DNA of 64,000 bases from Qingshengfaniella sp. (GTDB lineage: Bacteria > Pseudomonadota > Alphaproteobacteria > Rhodobacterales > Rhodobacteraceae), in contig JBKDZR010000043.1 of NCBI GenBank assembly GCA_047971485.1, positions 163 through 64,162 on the forward strand, written 5' to 3'. Every line of letters starts with the position of its first letter. Position 1 is the first letter of the stretch. The notes beneath the pieces were generated by a model that was not told where the DNA came from, searched no databases, and worked only from the letters and a program-made list of their open reading frames with translations. Of this stretch, positions 29,111 to 40,329 are shown piece by piece. Both the position numbers and the translations under genes were made by a program.

Positions 29111-31177
29111 ATGACTGCGGGGCGCGCCTATCCGCTGGGCGCGACATTCGATGGCGAAGGAGTGAATTTTGCCATCTTTTCGCAGCATGCCACGCGGCTG
29201 ACGCTGTGTCTCTTTTCCGATGAGGACGACCGGGAATGTCAGGTCGATTTGCCGGAACGTGACGGCGACGTCTGGCATGGGTATCTGACAGGTATCCGTC
29301 CTGGCCAGCGCTATGGCTATCGCGCCCACGGCCCCTATCGACCGGATCAAGGGCACCGCTTCAATCCCAACAAGCTGTTGGTCGATCCCTATGCCAAACG
29401 GCTGACCGGCCATCTGCGCTGGCATGATGCGTTGATGGGCTATACTCCCGGCGCGGCGCGGCTGGACCTGAGCTTTGATCCCCGCGACAGTGCGCCCTAT
29501 ATGGCGAAAAGCGTGGTGGTCGATCCCAGCTTTTGCTGGGGTGAGGATCATCCCCCCCGCCATCCGATCGCGGAAACGGTGATCTACGAGGCCCATGTGA
29601 AGGGCCTGACCCAACTGCATCCAACGGCGGCCCCCCAAGGACGTTTTCTGGGGCTGGCCTCGGATCCAATGCTTGAGCACCTGACGCGCCTGGGGATCAC
29701 GGCGATCGAATTGCTGCCGGTTCAGGCCTTTCTGAATGACCGGTTTCTCGTCGAGAAAAGCCTGACCAATTACTGGGGCTATCAGACCCTGGGCTATTTC
29801 GCCCCTGATCCGCGCTATCTGGAGCGCGGCGGGATTGAGGAATTCCAGCAGATGGTGGCCCGGCTGCACAGCGCCGGGATCGAGGTGATCCTGGATGTGG
29901 TCTACAACCATACCTGCGAAGGCAACGAAATGGGCCCGACACTGGCCTTTCGCGGGCTGGACAATCGCAGCTATTACCGGCTGGCCGAGGATCCGCGCTT
30001 TTACATCAATGACACGGGCACCGGGAACACGATTAATATCCAGCATCCGATGGTGCTGCGCATGGTCATGGATTCCCTGCGCTACTGGGTCGAGGTGATG
30101 CATGTCGACGGGTTTCGTTTCGATCTGTGTTCCACCCTGGGGCGGACGGCGCGGGGCTTTGAGCCGGGCGCGGCCTTTTTCGATGCGATCCGCCAGGATC
30201 CGGTGTTGACGCAGTTCATGCTGATTGCCGAGCCTTGGGATATCGGCCCGGGGGGCTATCAGTTGGGCGGCTATCCGGCACCGTTTCTGGAATGGAATGA
30301 CAGGTTCCGTGATGGTGTGCGGCGGTTCTGGCGCGGCGATCCGGGGCGTGCACCGGATCTGGCCGACCGGCTGACTGGATCGGCGATGCAATTCGATCAC
30401 TCCGGGCGCCCGGCGACGGCCTCGGTCAATTTCCTGACTGCCCATGACGGGTTCACCCTGACCGATGTGGTCACCTACAATCATAAGCACAACGCGGCCA
30501 ATGGCGAAGACAACCGCGATGGCCATGGCGAGAACTTTTCCGACAATATGGGCGTGGAGGGGGCGGCCGAGGATCCGGATATCGCGGCGGCGCGGGCCGG
30601 GCGGCGGCGCGCGATGATGGCGACGTTGCTGATGTCGCAAGGGACGCCGATGATCTTGGCGGGCGATGAGATCGGCAACAGCCAGCAGGGCAACAACAAC
30701 GCCTATTGTCAGGATAATGCCATCAGCTGGATCGACTGGGCGCAGGCCGATGAGGCCTTTCTGGCGTTTGCCGCGCGGCTGATCGCCTTCCGCAAGGCGC
30801 ATCCGATCCTGCGCCAGAAACGTTTCATGCATGCCCGCGAGCGGATGCTCGACGGGATCGAGGATCTGTTCTGGTGGCGCGCCGATGGCACCGAGATGCA
30901 GGCCGATGACTGGCACGATCCGGAAGGGACGCTGGTATGTGCGGAAATGCGCACGGCCTCGGGGACGCCGGCCTATGCGGCGCTGAATGCGGCGGTTTTC
31001 GCGGTGTTCAATGCCGGCGAGGCGGTTGCGGTCAAGGTGCCTGCCTGTCCGGAGGGGATGGTCTGGATGCGTCGGATCGACAGTGCCGATCCGGCCGCGC
31101 CGGCCACCGCCGTTGCCGACACGATCGAGGTTGCGGCCCAATCGGTGGTTGCCCTGTCACTGGACCCCGCGCCGTGA
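29111..31177 (+). CDS. glgX: glycogen debranching enzyme
   Basis: MTAGRAYPLGATFDGEGVNFAIFS. GH13 motifs LDVVYNHT, GFRFDLCS, LIAEPWD and FLTAHDGFTL. An alternative ATG at 29093 overlaps the glgA stop. Confidence 0.93.
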   Translation: MTAGRAYPLGATFDGEGVNFAIFSQHATRLTLCLFSDEDDRECQVDLPERDGDVWHGYLTGIRPGQRYGYRAHGPYRPDQGHRFNPNKLLVDPYAKRLTGHLRWHDALMGYTPGAARLDLSFDPRDSAPYMAKSVVVDPSFCWGEDHPPRHPIAETVIYEAHVKGLTQLHPTAAPQGRFLGLASDPMLEHLTRLGITAIELLPVQAFLNDRFLVEKSLTNYWGYQTLGYFAPDPRYLERGGIEEFQQMVARLHSAGIEVILDVVYNHTCEGNEMGPTLAFRGLDNRSYYRLAEDPRFYINDTGTGNTINIQHPMVLRMVMDSLRYWVEVMHVDGFRFDLCSTLGRTARGFEPGAAFFDAIRQDPVLTQFMLIAEPWDIGPGGYQLGGYPAPFLEWNDRFRDGVRRFWRGDPGRAPDLADRLTGSAMQFDHSGRPATASVNFLTAHDGFTLTDVVTYNHKHNAANGEDNRDGHGENFSDNMGVEGAAEDPDIAAARAGRRRAMMATLLMSQGTPMILAGDEIGNSQQGNNNAYCQDNAISWIDWAQADEAFLAFAARLIAFRKAHPILRQKRFMHARERMLDGIEDLFWWRADGTEMQADDWHDPEGTLVCAEMRTASGTPAYAALNAAVFAVFNAGEAVAVKVPACPEGMVWMRRIDSADPAAPATAVADTIEVAAQSVVALSLDPAP

Positions 31178-33063
31178 CTGGGCCTGTCGCGGAACTGGCG
31201 CGTCGGGCCGGTATCCTGTCACGTTATCGCGGAACCGATCAGCGTTGGGTTGACGTTCCGCCCGAGACAATCGTGGCGGTGCTGTCGGCCATGGGGCTTC
31301 CGGCGGATGGGGCCGGTGCGGCGGCCTTTCTGTCCGAGACCGGCACAAGCCATCGGCTGCTGCCGCATTGGCATGTTGCCGGGCTTGGCCGCGCGCCTGA
31401 CCTGTCATTGCCAGAGGATGCGGTCTGGGCGCTGTGTCTGGAGGACGGGACCCAAACCGAGGGCCGTGGTCCGACAGTGCCGCCACTGCCCCTGGGGCGT
31501 CACAACTTGACCTGCGGTGCCGAGACCTGCTGGGTGTTGGTCGCGCCCCCCGCCTTGTCGGATCTGGGCCGGGGATGGGGGCTGACCGTGCCGCTTTACG
31601 GACTGCGCGCGCCGGCCATGGGGGGGCTGGGCGATTTCGGCGATCTTGGGCTTGTCATGGCGGGGCTTGCGGCTGTCGGCGCAGGCTTTGTCGGGATCAA
31701 TCCAATCCATGCCGGCTTTCCCACCGCACCGGAGATGTTCAGCCCCTATGCCCCATCAAGCCGACGGCGGCTGAACCCGCTGCATCTGAGATGTGGGGCC
31801 GATGATCAGGGCCGGGGGAGCGATCTGGTCGATTATCCGGCCAGCACGGGGACGCGGCTGGCCAGCTTTCGTGCGGCGTTTCAAGGGGCTGCGCTGGATC
31901 CGGCCTTCCAGGCTTGGCGCGCTCAGGAAGGCCCCGATCTGCAGCGTTTTGCCACACATCAGGCGATCAGCGGGGTCCATGGGCCGCTCTGGCACCGCTG
32001 GCCTGCGGCGTTGCAGGATCCTGACGCCGCCGAAGTGGCGGCTTTTGCCGGAACACATGGCGAAGACATCGGCTTCCACGCCTGGCTGCAATGGCAAGCC
32101 GAGGGCCAGCTGGGCCTGTTGGCCGAACAGGCGCGGGCCCTGTCCTGCGGGCTGTATCTGGACCTGGCCGTTGGCACCCATCCGTATGGTGCGGAAACCT
32201 GGGCGGCACCGGCGCAGTTCGTTCGGGGGGTGTCACTGGGGGCGCCGCCGGACGGGTTCGCCCCCGAGGGCCAGACCTGGGGGTTGGCCCCGTTCAACCC
32301 GCTGACGCTGGCAGCGCAGGGCTTCGCGCCTCTGGCCGAAACCCTGCGCTGCCAGTTGCGCTTTGCCCGTTTGCTGCGGATCGACCATGTGCTGGGCTTT
32401 GAGCGGGCCTTCTGGGTGCCTGAAGGCGGGGGGCTGCCGGGGACCTATGTCACCATGCCGCGCGCCGCGATGCTGGCCGTCGCCCGGATTGAGGCCACCC
32501 GCGCCGGCGCCACGCTGATCGGTGAGGATCTGGGTAATATCCCCGAGGGCCTGCAAGAGGCTCTGGCCAACAGTGGGATCCTGGGCTGCCGTGTGGCCCA
32601 GTTCGAACGTCACTGGCAAGAGGATGGTCGTTTTCGCGCCGCCGCCGATTATCCCGCCGATACGCTGGCCTCTTTCGGGACCCATGATTTGCCGACCTGG
32701 GCAGGCTGGCGCGCGGGGCGGGATATCGGTGTGGGCCGTGATCTTGGGCGGATCGGCGCCGAACAGGCCGAGATCGCAACAGCGGCGCGGATGCGGGACG
32801 TTGCGGCCTTTGATCGGGTTGCAGGCACGGGCACGGACGGCGATGATGCGCTGAACAGTTTTCTCGCCCGGACCGGATCACGGCTGGTTGCGTTACAAAT
32901 CGAGGATATCCTGGGGCTTGCGGATCAGCCTAACCTGCCGGGAACGGTGGATGAATACCCCAACTGGCGTCGCCGGCTGCCCCTGGGTCCGGCCGAATTT
33001 GTACAAGATCCCCGCCTTCTGCGGGCGGCGGACATCATGGCCCGAAACGGGCGGAGGACCTGA
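31174..33063 (+). CDS. malQ: 4-alpha-glucanotransferase (amylomaltase)
   Basis: GTG 31174 overlaps the glgX TGA (GTGA). GH77 motifs LRIDHVLGFERAFWVP, IGEDLGNIPEGL and FGTHDLPT. Confidence 0.9.
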   Translation: MTGPVAELARRAGILSRYRGTDQRWVDVPPETIVAVLSAMGLPADGAGAAAFLSETGTSHRLLPHWHVAGLGRAPDLSLPEDAVWALCLEDGTQTEGRGPTVPPLPLGRHNLTCGAETCWVLVAPPALSDLGRGWGLTVPLYGLRAPAMGGLGDFGDLGLVMAGLAAVGAGFVGINPIHAGFPTAPEMFSPYAPSSRRRLNPLHLRCGADDQGRGSDLVDYPASTGTRLASFRAAFQGAALDPAFQAWRAQEGPDLQRFATHQAISGVHGPLWHRWPAALQDPDAAEVAAFAGTHGEDIGFHAWLQWQAEGQLGLLAEQARALSCGLYLDLAVGTHPYGAETWAAPAQFVRGVSLGAPPDGFAPEGQTWGLAPFNPLTLAAQGFAPLAETLRCQLRFARLLRIDHVLGFERAFWVPEGGGLPGTYVTMPRAAMLAVARIEATRAGATLIGEDLGNIPEGLQEALANSGILGCRVAQFERHWQEDGRFRAAADYPADTLASFGTHDLPTWAGWRAGRDIGVGRDLGRIGAEQAEIATAARMRDVAAFDRVAGTGTDGDDALNSFLARTGSRLVALQIEDILGLADQPNLPGTVDEYPNWRRRLPLGPAEFVQDPRLLRAADIMARNGRRT

Positions 33064-33067
33064 AAGA

Positions 33068-34699
33068 ATGCAGCGTTTGACCATAGCCACGCACCCGATC
33101 GACGGGCAGAAACCCGGAACCTCGGGGTTGCGCAAAAAGACCCGTGTGTTCATGGGCCCCCATTACCTGGAAAACTTTATTCAGGCGATCTGGCAGGGGA
33201 TTGGTGGCATTGCCGGCAAGACCCTGGTTTTGGGGGGCGACGGGCGGTATTTCAACGATCGGGCGGCGCAGTTGATCCTGCGCATGGCGGCGGCCTCGGG
33301 GGCGAAGAAGATCATCGTCGGGCGCGATGCCCTGTTGTCGACCCCGGCAGCCTCCAACCTGATCCGCAAGCGCGCCACCGATGGCGGTATCATCCTGTCG
33401 GCCAGCCACAATCCTGGCGGCATGGATGAGGATTTTGGCATCAAGTTCAACATGCCCAATGGCGGTCCGGCCCCTGCCGAGGTGACCGACCGGATCTTTG
33501 CTGCCACCACCAGCCTGACCTCCTATGACATCATCGAAGCACAGGATGTGGATCTCTCCGCCCCTGGAAAGACGGTTCTGGCCGGGATGGAAATCGAGGT
33601 GGTCGATCCGGTTGTGGATTACGTTGCGCTGATGGAAGAGATATTCGATTTCAAGGCGTTGCGAGCCCTTTTCGCCAACGGGTTTACCATGAAATTCGAT
33701 GCCATGCACGCAATCACCGGCCCCTATGCGGCGGCGATTTTCGAAGATGCCCTGGGGGCGGCGCCGGGCAGTGTGATCAATGCAACGCCCAGCCCGGATT
33801 TCGGCGGCGGGCACCCCGACCCGAACCCGATCTGGGCCAGGGATCTGGTGGATCTGATGATGGGGCCCGAGGCGCCGGATTTCGGCGCCGCCTCGGACGG
33901 AGATGGGGACCGTAACATGATCGTCGGCCGGGCGGCCTATGTGACCCCGTCGGACAGTCTGGCAGTGCTGGCGGCCAACGCCCATCACGCCCCGGCCTAT
34001 GCCGGTGGGTTGAAGGGGGTGGCGCGTTCCATGCCGACATCAAAGGCGCTGGACCGGGTGGCCGCAGCCCGGGGGCTGGCCTGTTATGAGACGCCGACGG
34101 GCTGGAAATTCTTCGGCAACCTGCTGGATGACGGGCGCATCACGCTGTGCGGTGAGGAAAGCGCGGGGACCGGATCGGATCATGTGCGCGAAAAGGATGG
34201 GGTCTGGGCCGTGCTGCTGTGGTTGTCGGTTCTGGCTGGAACGGGCAAGTCCGTGGGCGCGATCCTGGCCGATCACTGGGCCGAATTCGGGCGCAACTAC
34301 TATTCCCGCCATGATTACGAGGCGGTGGACAGTGCAGCGGCTAATGGGCTGATGGACGGGCTGCGGGCGCGGCTGGGCGATCTGCCTGGGCAGGCGGTTG
34401 CCGGGTTGACGGTCGAAACGGCTGATGAGTTCGCCTATGACGATCCGGTCGATGGCAGCCGGGCCGAGGGGCAGGGCATTCGCATCGGCTTTGCCGGGGG
34501 GGCGCGGGCCGTGTTCCGGCTGTCCGGCACCGGGACCGAGGGTGCGACCTTGCGTGTTTATCTGGAAAGCCTGGAAACCGATCCAGCCGCCCAGGCCAGG
34601 GATCCGCAGGCGGCGCTGGCGCCGGTGATCGCTGCCGCCGATGCCATTGCCGGGATCGCGGAGCGGACGGGACGACAGGCGCCCGACGTGCGCACCTGA
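33068..34699 (+). CDS. pgm: phosphoglucomutase (alpha-D-glucose phosphate-specific)
   Basis: GQKPGTSGLRKK, phosphoserine loop ILSASHNPGG, Mg loop AASDGDGDRNMI, and CGEESAG. Confidence 0.95.
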   Translation: MQRLTIATHPIDGQKPGTSGLRKKTRVFMGPHYLENFIQAIWQGIGGIAGKTLVLGGDGRYFNDRAAQLILRMAAASGAKKIIVGRDALLSTPAASNLIRKRATDGGIILSASHNPGGMDEDFGIKFNMPNGGPAPAEVTDRIFAATTSLTSYDIIEAQDVDLSAPGKTVLAGMEIEVVDPVVDYVALMEEIFDFKALRALFANGFTMKFDAMHAITGPYAAAIFEDALGAAPGSVINATPSPDFGGGHPDPNPIWARDLVDLMMGPEAPDFGAASDGDGDRNMIVGRAAYVTPSDSLAVLAANAHHAPAYAGGLKGVARSMPTSKALDRVAAARGLACYETPTGWKFFGNLLDDGRITLCGEESAGTGSDHVREKDGVWAVLLWLSVLAGTGKSVGAILADHWAEFGRNYYSRHDYEAVDSAAANGLMDGLRARLGDLPGQAVAGLTVETADEFAYDDPVDGSRAEGQGIRIGFAGGARAVFRLSGTGTEGATLRVYLESLETDPAAQARDPQAALAPVIAAADAIAGIAERTGRQAPDVRT

Positions 34700-34718
34700 G
34701 ATTGAAGAGAAGACTTGC

Positions 34719-37103
34719 ATGACGTCGGACACGGGGACGATCAGGGCCGAGATGGACAAGGCAGAGGGGCTGGCCGATTGGTGCCGGGCCCTGCTGACCA
34801 CCCGTGAAACGGCGTTTGAGGCGCATCAGGCGATTGCCCGGCGGCTTGGCGCGCATCTGAAGGATGGGGTGGCGTTGTTCGGGTTCTGGACGCCGGAACT
34901 TCTGGATCATCGCGTGCCTGATGGCGATGTCTTTCTTGAAATCCTCCGCCCCGAAGACATGCCGGACCTGACCGTTGCCCATCAGGAGATTCGCTTTTCT
35001 CGGGTCTGTCTGCCGGTGGTGCGCTGCGATGCCCACAGCTTTGCCGCGGTCAGCGGTCTCCGGGCGGGGCGCCGTGTCGGGTAGGCGATTTCTACGCGCT
35101 GGTCTGGCGCGATGCCGAGGATGTGTGGCACCGCATCCTGGATCCGATGGCGGCGTCGCTGCCCTTTGGTGCCTTCGCTCCGGCCGAGTTTTACGACACC
35201 GGTGCGATGCAGCAGGGGCGTGCGGATGCCGCCTATTATGCGGCGCTGAAAGGTGCGGCGCCGCATAAATTTGGCCCGCCCGCAAATATCCTGCAAATCC
35301 ATGTGCCGACCGCCACCGCCGGGGGCACCCTGGCCAGTCTAACCCGGCTTTATGAGCGGTTGGGGGAACGGGTGCGGCAGGGGTTGCAACTGGAACCGGT
35401 GGATGAACTGTTTCTGGGCTATGACGCGGTTCAGCTGTTACCGGTAGAGCCGGCAACCGTCTATGAAACGGGCCATCCCTTCTGGGCTGAAACCGCCCAT
35501 GACGGGGATGGCGTGACGGTGCACTTGACCCGGCCCGACACCACCAACTGGGGCTATGACGTGGTGATCTCGGGGATGGCGACGGTCAACCCGGTGCTTC
35601 TGGAAAGCGGGCGCCCGGATGAATTGGTCGATCTGGCCGCAGTTTTGCATAACTTTCCGGTCAAGCCCAAGATGTTGGTCCTTGATGTGGTGTTTGGCCA
35701 TTCCGACAATCAGGGATTGGGCGCGCTCAACCATCATTTCTTTGCCGGTCCGAACATGTATGGCCAGAATCTCGATTACCGGGATCCGGCCGTGCGGGCG
35801 ATCTTGCTGGAAATGCAACGTCGCAAGGTCAATTTCGGCGCGGACGGGGTGCGGGTCGACGGGGCGCAGGATTTCAAGTTCTGGGACATGCGCGATCAGG
35901 TGCTGTTGCATGATGATGATTACCTGCAGGCCATGGCCGATATCGGGCAAGAGGTGGCCGGCACGCGATACCGCCCCTGGTTCGTGTTCGAGGATGGCCG
36001 GTCCTGGCCACAGGAGGACTGGGAACTCAGTTCCACCTATCGCGCGGTGATCGATGGGCAGCGCGACGATGATGTGTTTCAGTGGGGACCTTTAACTTTC
36101 GCCCATAACACACCGTTTTTATACACACTTTGGCTGTCAAAATTCTGGCGCATCCAGGAGATTCTGGATTGGGGTGCGAACTGGATCTCCGGCACGGCCA
36201 ACCATGATACCCTGCACCGGGGCACCCAGGTGAACCCGGAACTGAACATCAACACGCGCCTCGGCGATACCCATATGGAGATCCTCGACAAGACCTATGA
36301 CAACCCGGCCGTGGCGATGCTGACCTATGGGGCCCTGCCCGGGGTGCCGATGGATTTCCTGAACGCCACGGCGCGGGCCTCGTGGGGGTTCATTCGCAAT
36401 CAGGATGACCGGTATGGGGTCAAGGTCGTGGCGGAAGAGGCGATCAGCCTGAAATGGCAGGTGGATGAATACAGCTATTCGGTGCATCGCAATTTTCGCC
36501 GGATGAAGGATCTGGGCTTTGGCACACGGCCCGAATTGGCGCGGTTCTTCGAATTTCTGCCCGCGCTGGTCGATGTGACGGGCTATGATCTGGGGGAAAT
36601 CGCGCGGTTGCTGAATGCGGCCGAACCGGCGCTGGCCGGGCCGGGCGCCTTCACCGAGGCCAATCTCAAGGCGATTGCCCGGGCCTGGATGGATGACATG
36701 CATGATTATTGCAATGTCGCCAATTCACTGACCGGGTTGGATCCGCAGCAGACCAGCTTCATGTTCGCGCTGCGCCGGTTCCGGCGGAAAAAACGTCTGG
36801 TTGCGGCATGATCTGGGGCCAAGGGACCGTTTCGATTATCTACGTCCGATCGAGAGGCGGGTGGTCTTCGCCTCGTTGCGCCACGGACCGGCAGGCGAGC
36901 AGGTGTTCACCCTGATCCATATGGAGGGCGGGCAGACCGCCGAGATCGACCCACTGCGCCTGCCAATCGACGGGTTGGACGGCGAGGGCTGGCGGCTGGC
37001 GCTGAAAACGCCGGGCATTGGCGATGACTATCTGGGCGGCCCGATTGTCCTGCGTGACAGCATGGGGGTGATCTTTACCCGCCCAGCGGGGGGCAGGGGG
37101 TGA
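34719..37103 (+). pseudogene. divergent GH13 (alpha-amylase superfamily) enzyme with TreZ/E-set-like N-domain, interrupted by two frameshifts
   Basis: One protein reads across three track ORFs (34641-35084, 35123-36811, 36801-37103).
- Frame breaks lie in GGGCGGGG (about 35061-35080) and in an A6 run (36788-36793).
- All four GH13 regions are present: LDVVFGHSD, GADGVRVDGAQDF, WFVFEDGRSW and GTANHDTL.
- The C-terminal beta-domain continues in the third ORF. Confidence 0.7.
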
Positions 37104-37302
37104 CAGGGCAGATGAGAACCGGGACAGTGCCGGGCTGGCGGGGATATCCGGCGCGGGGTGGGGTAGTTCGCGGCGGCACTGGTCCCATTGCCGGCATGAT
37201 CCGCGAAAATTCAACGGATCGTTGGACGGCCTGCCCTTGCAGCCCCCCCCCGCGGCGACTAGAACCTTGGCGAACGGGCAGTCCGGGCAGAGGCAGAGCA
37301 CA

Positions 37303-37935
37303 ATGAACGATCCGCGCGAATTTTACATGAATACCCTTGTTCCCATGGTGGTCGAGCAGACCTCGCGCGGGGAACGGGCCTATGATATCTTTTCGCGCCT
37401 GTTGAAGGAGCGGATCATTTTCGTCTCTGGTCCGGTGCATGACGGCATGTCGCAGCTGATCGTCGCCCAGCTTCTTCACCTGGAAGCCGAAAACCCGGCC
37501 AAGGAAATTTCCATGTATATCAACAGCCCCGGCGGTGTCGTCACCTCGGGTCTGTCGATTTATGACACGATGCAATACATCAAACCGGCGGTCTCGACGC
37601 TGGTGGTTGGGCAGGCGGCCTCGATGGGGTCGCTGCTGCTGACCGCCGGGGAAAAGGGCATGCGCTTTTCCCTGCCCAACAGCCGGATCATGGTCCACCA
37701 GCCCTCGGGCGGCTATCAGGGCCAGGCGACCGATATCATGATCCATGCCCAGGAAACCCAGAAATTGAAGGACCGGCTGAATCAGATCTACGTGAAACAC
37801 ACCGGTCAGGATTTCGAGACTGTCGTTCAGGCGCTGGAACGCGACAATTTCATGGATGCGGAACAGGCCAAGGCATGGGGCCTGATTGATGAGATTGTCG
37901 AAAACCGGGATGCTGCAAAAAGCGGCGACAGCTGA
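37303..37935 (+). CDS. clpP: ATP-dependent Clp protease proteolytic subunit
   Basis: [28 protein letters not shown], catalytic [11 protein letters not shown] and IMVHQPSGG. Confidence 0.97.
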   Translation: MNDPREFYMNTLVPMVVEQTSRGERAYDIFSRLLKERIIFVSGPVHDGMSQLIVAQLLHLEAENPAKEISMYINSPGGVVTSGLSIYDTMQYIKPAVSTLVVGQAASMGSLLLTAGEKGMRFSLPNSRIMVHQPSGGYQGQATDIMIHAQETQKLKDRLNQIYVKHTGQDFETVVQALERDNFMDAEQAKAWGLIDEIVENRDAAKSGDS

Positions 37936-38068
37936 TATGGGCCGCGCGATATGGCTGGCGCGGCGGAATTTGACATTGTGGATGCCCGGAGGCTGGCCTA
38001 GTCTTTGCAGTCAATGGGGCCATCGTGGTCCGGGCGGACATCAAGGCCGCGCGCCTTGGAGGTGACCT

Positions 38069-39331
38069 ATGGCGAATAATACTGGCGGTGACAGCAAGAA
38101 CACCCTTTATTGCAGCTTTTGCGGCAAAAGCCAGCATGAGGTGCGCAAACTGATTGCCGGTCCGACGGTGTTCATCTGCGATGAATGCGTCGAGTTGTGC
38201 ATGGATATCATCCGTGAGGAAACCAAATCCGCCGGGTTGAAAGCCTCGGAAGGGGTGCCAGCCCCCAAGGAAATCTGCGACGTTCTTGACGATTACGTGA
38301 TCGGCCAGGCTCATGCCAAGCGGGTCTTGTCGGTGGCGGTGCACAACCACTACAAGCGTTTGAACCACGCTGGAAAGACCGAGGTTGAACTGGCCAAGTC
38401 GAACATCCTGCTGATCGGGCCCACCGGCTGTGGCAAGACCCTGCTGGCCCAGACGCTGGCGCGGATCCTGGATGTGCCCTTCACAATGGCCGATGCCACG
38501 ACCCTGACCGAGGCGGGCTATGTCGGTGAGGATGTGGAAAACATCATCCTCAAGCTGTTGCAGGCCAGCGAATACAATGTCGAACGGGCGCAGCGCGGTA
38601 TTGTCTATATCGACGAGGTCGACAAGATTACCCGCAAGTCCGACAACCCGTCCATCACCCGCGATGTTTCGGGCGAGGGGGTACAACAGGCGCTGCTGAA
38701 AATCATGGAAGGCACGGTGGCCTCGGTGCCGCCCCAGGGTGGGCGCAAGCATCCGCAGCAGGAATTCCTTCAGGTCGACACCACCAATATCCTGTTCATC
38801 TGTGGCGGGGCCTTTGCCGGGTTGGAAAAGATCATCGCGCAGCGTGGCAAGGGGTCGGCCATTGGGTTTGGTGCGGATGTCAAAGAGAACGATACCCGCG
38901 GCGTTGGCGAGATGTTCAACGAGCTGGAACCCGAGGATCTGCTGAAATTCGGTCTGATCCCGGAATTTGTCGGTCGCTTGCCGGTGATTGCGACGCTGCA
39001 GGATCTGGACGAGGACGCGCTGGTCACCATCCTGACCGAGCCGAAGAACGCCTTGGTCAAGCAATATCAGCGGCTGTTCGAGTTGGAGGACACCAAGCTG
39101 ACCTTCACCGATGATGCGCTCAAGGCGATCGCCAAGCGTGCCATTGCCCGCAAGACCGGGGCGCGCGGGCTGCGCTCGATCATGGAGGATATCCTGCTGG
39201 ATACCATGTTCGACCTGCCCACGGCCCAGGGGGTTGAAGAAGTGGTGGTCAACGAAGAGGCCGTGAACGCGGCTGCGGCCCCGCTGCTGATTTACGCAGA
39301 CCGCAAGGGTGAGCCGGCCACCGCCGGCTGA
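38069..39331 (+). CDS. clpX: ATP-dependent Clp protease ATP-binding subunit ClpX
   Basis: Zinc finger [26 protein letters not shown], Walker [12 protein letters not shown], Walker [10 protein letters not shown]. Confidence 0.98.
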   Translation: MANNTGGDSKNTLYCSFCGKSQHEVRKLIAGPTVFICDECVELCMDIIREETKSAGLKASEGVPAPKEICDVLDDYVIGQAHAKRVLSVAVHNHYKRLNHAGKTEVELAKSNILLIGPTGCGKTLLAQTLARILDVPFTMADATTLTEAGYVGEDVENIILKLLQASEYNVERAQRGIVYIDEVDKITRKSDNPSITRDVSGEGVQQALLKIMEGTVASVPPQGGRKHPQQEFLQVDTTNILFICGGAFAGLEKIIAQRGKGSAIGFGADVKENDTRGVGEMFNELEPEDLLKFGLIPEFVGRLPVIATLQDLDEDALVTILTEPKNALVKQYQRLFELEDTKLTFTDDALKAIAKRAIARKTGARGLRSIMEDILLDTMFDLPTAQGVEEVVVNEEAVNAAAAPLLIYADRKGEPATAG

Positions 39332-39354
39332 TCCCTGCCCGAAGGACCCGTTTC

Positions 39355-39729
39355 ATGGATCGTTTGACGACATCATCGCCCTATGAGGCGAAAATCGGTT
39401 ATGCCCGTGTAGTCAATGATGGGCTTTATGCCCATGTCGCCGGGACAACCGGTCTGGATCCCGATGGGCCTGCGGATCAGTCTGCGGTCGATCAATGCGC
39501 CTTGACCCTGACCCGGCTGGCCGCAGCGCTGGACATGGTCGGGCTGGATTTCTCGGATCTGGTCCGGGTGACGTATTATCTGCCCAATGGGGGCGATTTC
39601 GAGGCGTGCTGGCCGGTTCTGAGTGCCGCATTCGGGGATCATCCGCCGGCGGCGACGATGGTCGTGGCCGGGCTGATTGATCCGCGCATGAAGATCGAGA
39701 TCGAAGCGACCGCGCGGATGCGCGCCTGA
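39355..39729 (+). CDS. RidA/YjgF-family protein
   Basis: 124 aa. ...VRVTYYL...[25 protein letters not shown] typical of the endoribonuclease L-PSP fold. Confidence 0.8.
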   Translation: MDRLTTSSPYEAKIGYARVVNDGLYAHVAGTTGLDPDGPADQSAVDQCALTLTRLAAALDMVGLDFSDLVRVTYYLPNGGDFEACWPVLSAAFGDHPPAATMVVAGLIDPRMKIEIEATARMRA

Positions 39730-39808
39730 TCGTGGCCCAGCGACGCTGTGTCACTGGACGTGGCGGGGTGTCTGGGTCATATGGAACAGGACTGAAACGG
39801 AGGCGGGC

Positions 39809-40192
39809 ATGGCATTCCTCTACACCCTGAAGCGGGCATTTACCTGGTGGAACAGTGAAACCATCGGTACGCAGATTTTCACCGCGCGTCATGGCATCAA
39901 GGTTGGCCAGGACGATCAGGGCAATGTCTATTACAAGAACAAGGACGATAGCCGCCGCTGGGTGATCTATAACGGCGATATCGAGGCAAGCCGTGTGCCA
40001 ACTGACTGGCATGGCTGGTTGCACCGGACCTGGGACACGCCGCCGACCGAGGCCCCGCTGCCCCACAAAAGCTGGGAAAAGCCGCATCAGGAAAACCTGA
40101 CCGGCAGTGCGCGGGCCTATGCACCCGCCGGGTCGATGTATCGCGCCCATCCGGCAGAGCGCCGCGATTACGAGGCTTGGCAGCCCGAATGA
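39809..40192 (+). CDS. NADH:ubiquinone oxidoreductase subunit NDUFA12-family protein
   Basis: [44 protein letters not shown]...PTDWHGWLH. Confidence 0.85.
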   Translation: MAFLYTLKRAFTWWNSETIGTQIFTARHGIKVGQDDQGNVYYKNKDDSRRWVIYNGDIEASRVPTDWHGWLHRTWDTPPTEAPLPHKSWEKPHQENLTGSARAYAPAGSMYRAHPAERRDYEAWQPE

Positions 40193-40329
40193 CGATGGGG
40201 CCCGATCCCCGTGCGGCCTTGGGGCGCGTGATTTGGCGCGTGAAGAAATGATGACACATCTCAGAAATTCGGAAATCCGTTTTCCAGGGTTTCCAATGGA
40301 CATGAGAGACATAAGGCAAGGTTTCGACT

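Noticed and set aside
28403-31141. 912-aa minus-strand ORF, the joint-longest in the track, antisense to glgA/glgX.
   Set aside because: It is a shadow frame of a GC-rich region. The translation is Arg/Pro/Gly/Ala-rich low complexity with no motifs, and the opposite strand encodes unmistakable GlgA and GlgX.
34641-35084. Treating 34641-35084, 35123-36811 and 36801-37103 as three independent genes.
   Set aside because: The sequence continues sensibly across both junctions in the neighbouring frame (..SGLRAG/RVGDFYALVW.. and ..FALRRFR/ENVWLRHDLG..). Only together do the pieces make a complete N-domain, GH13 barrel and C-domain.
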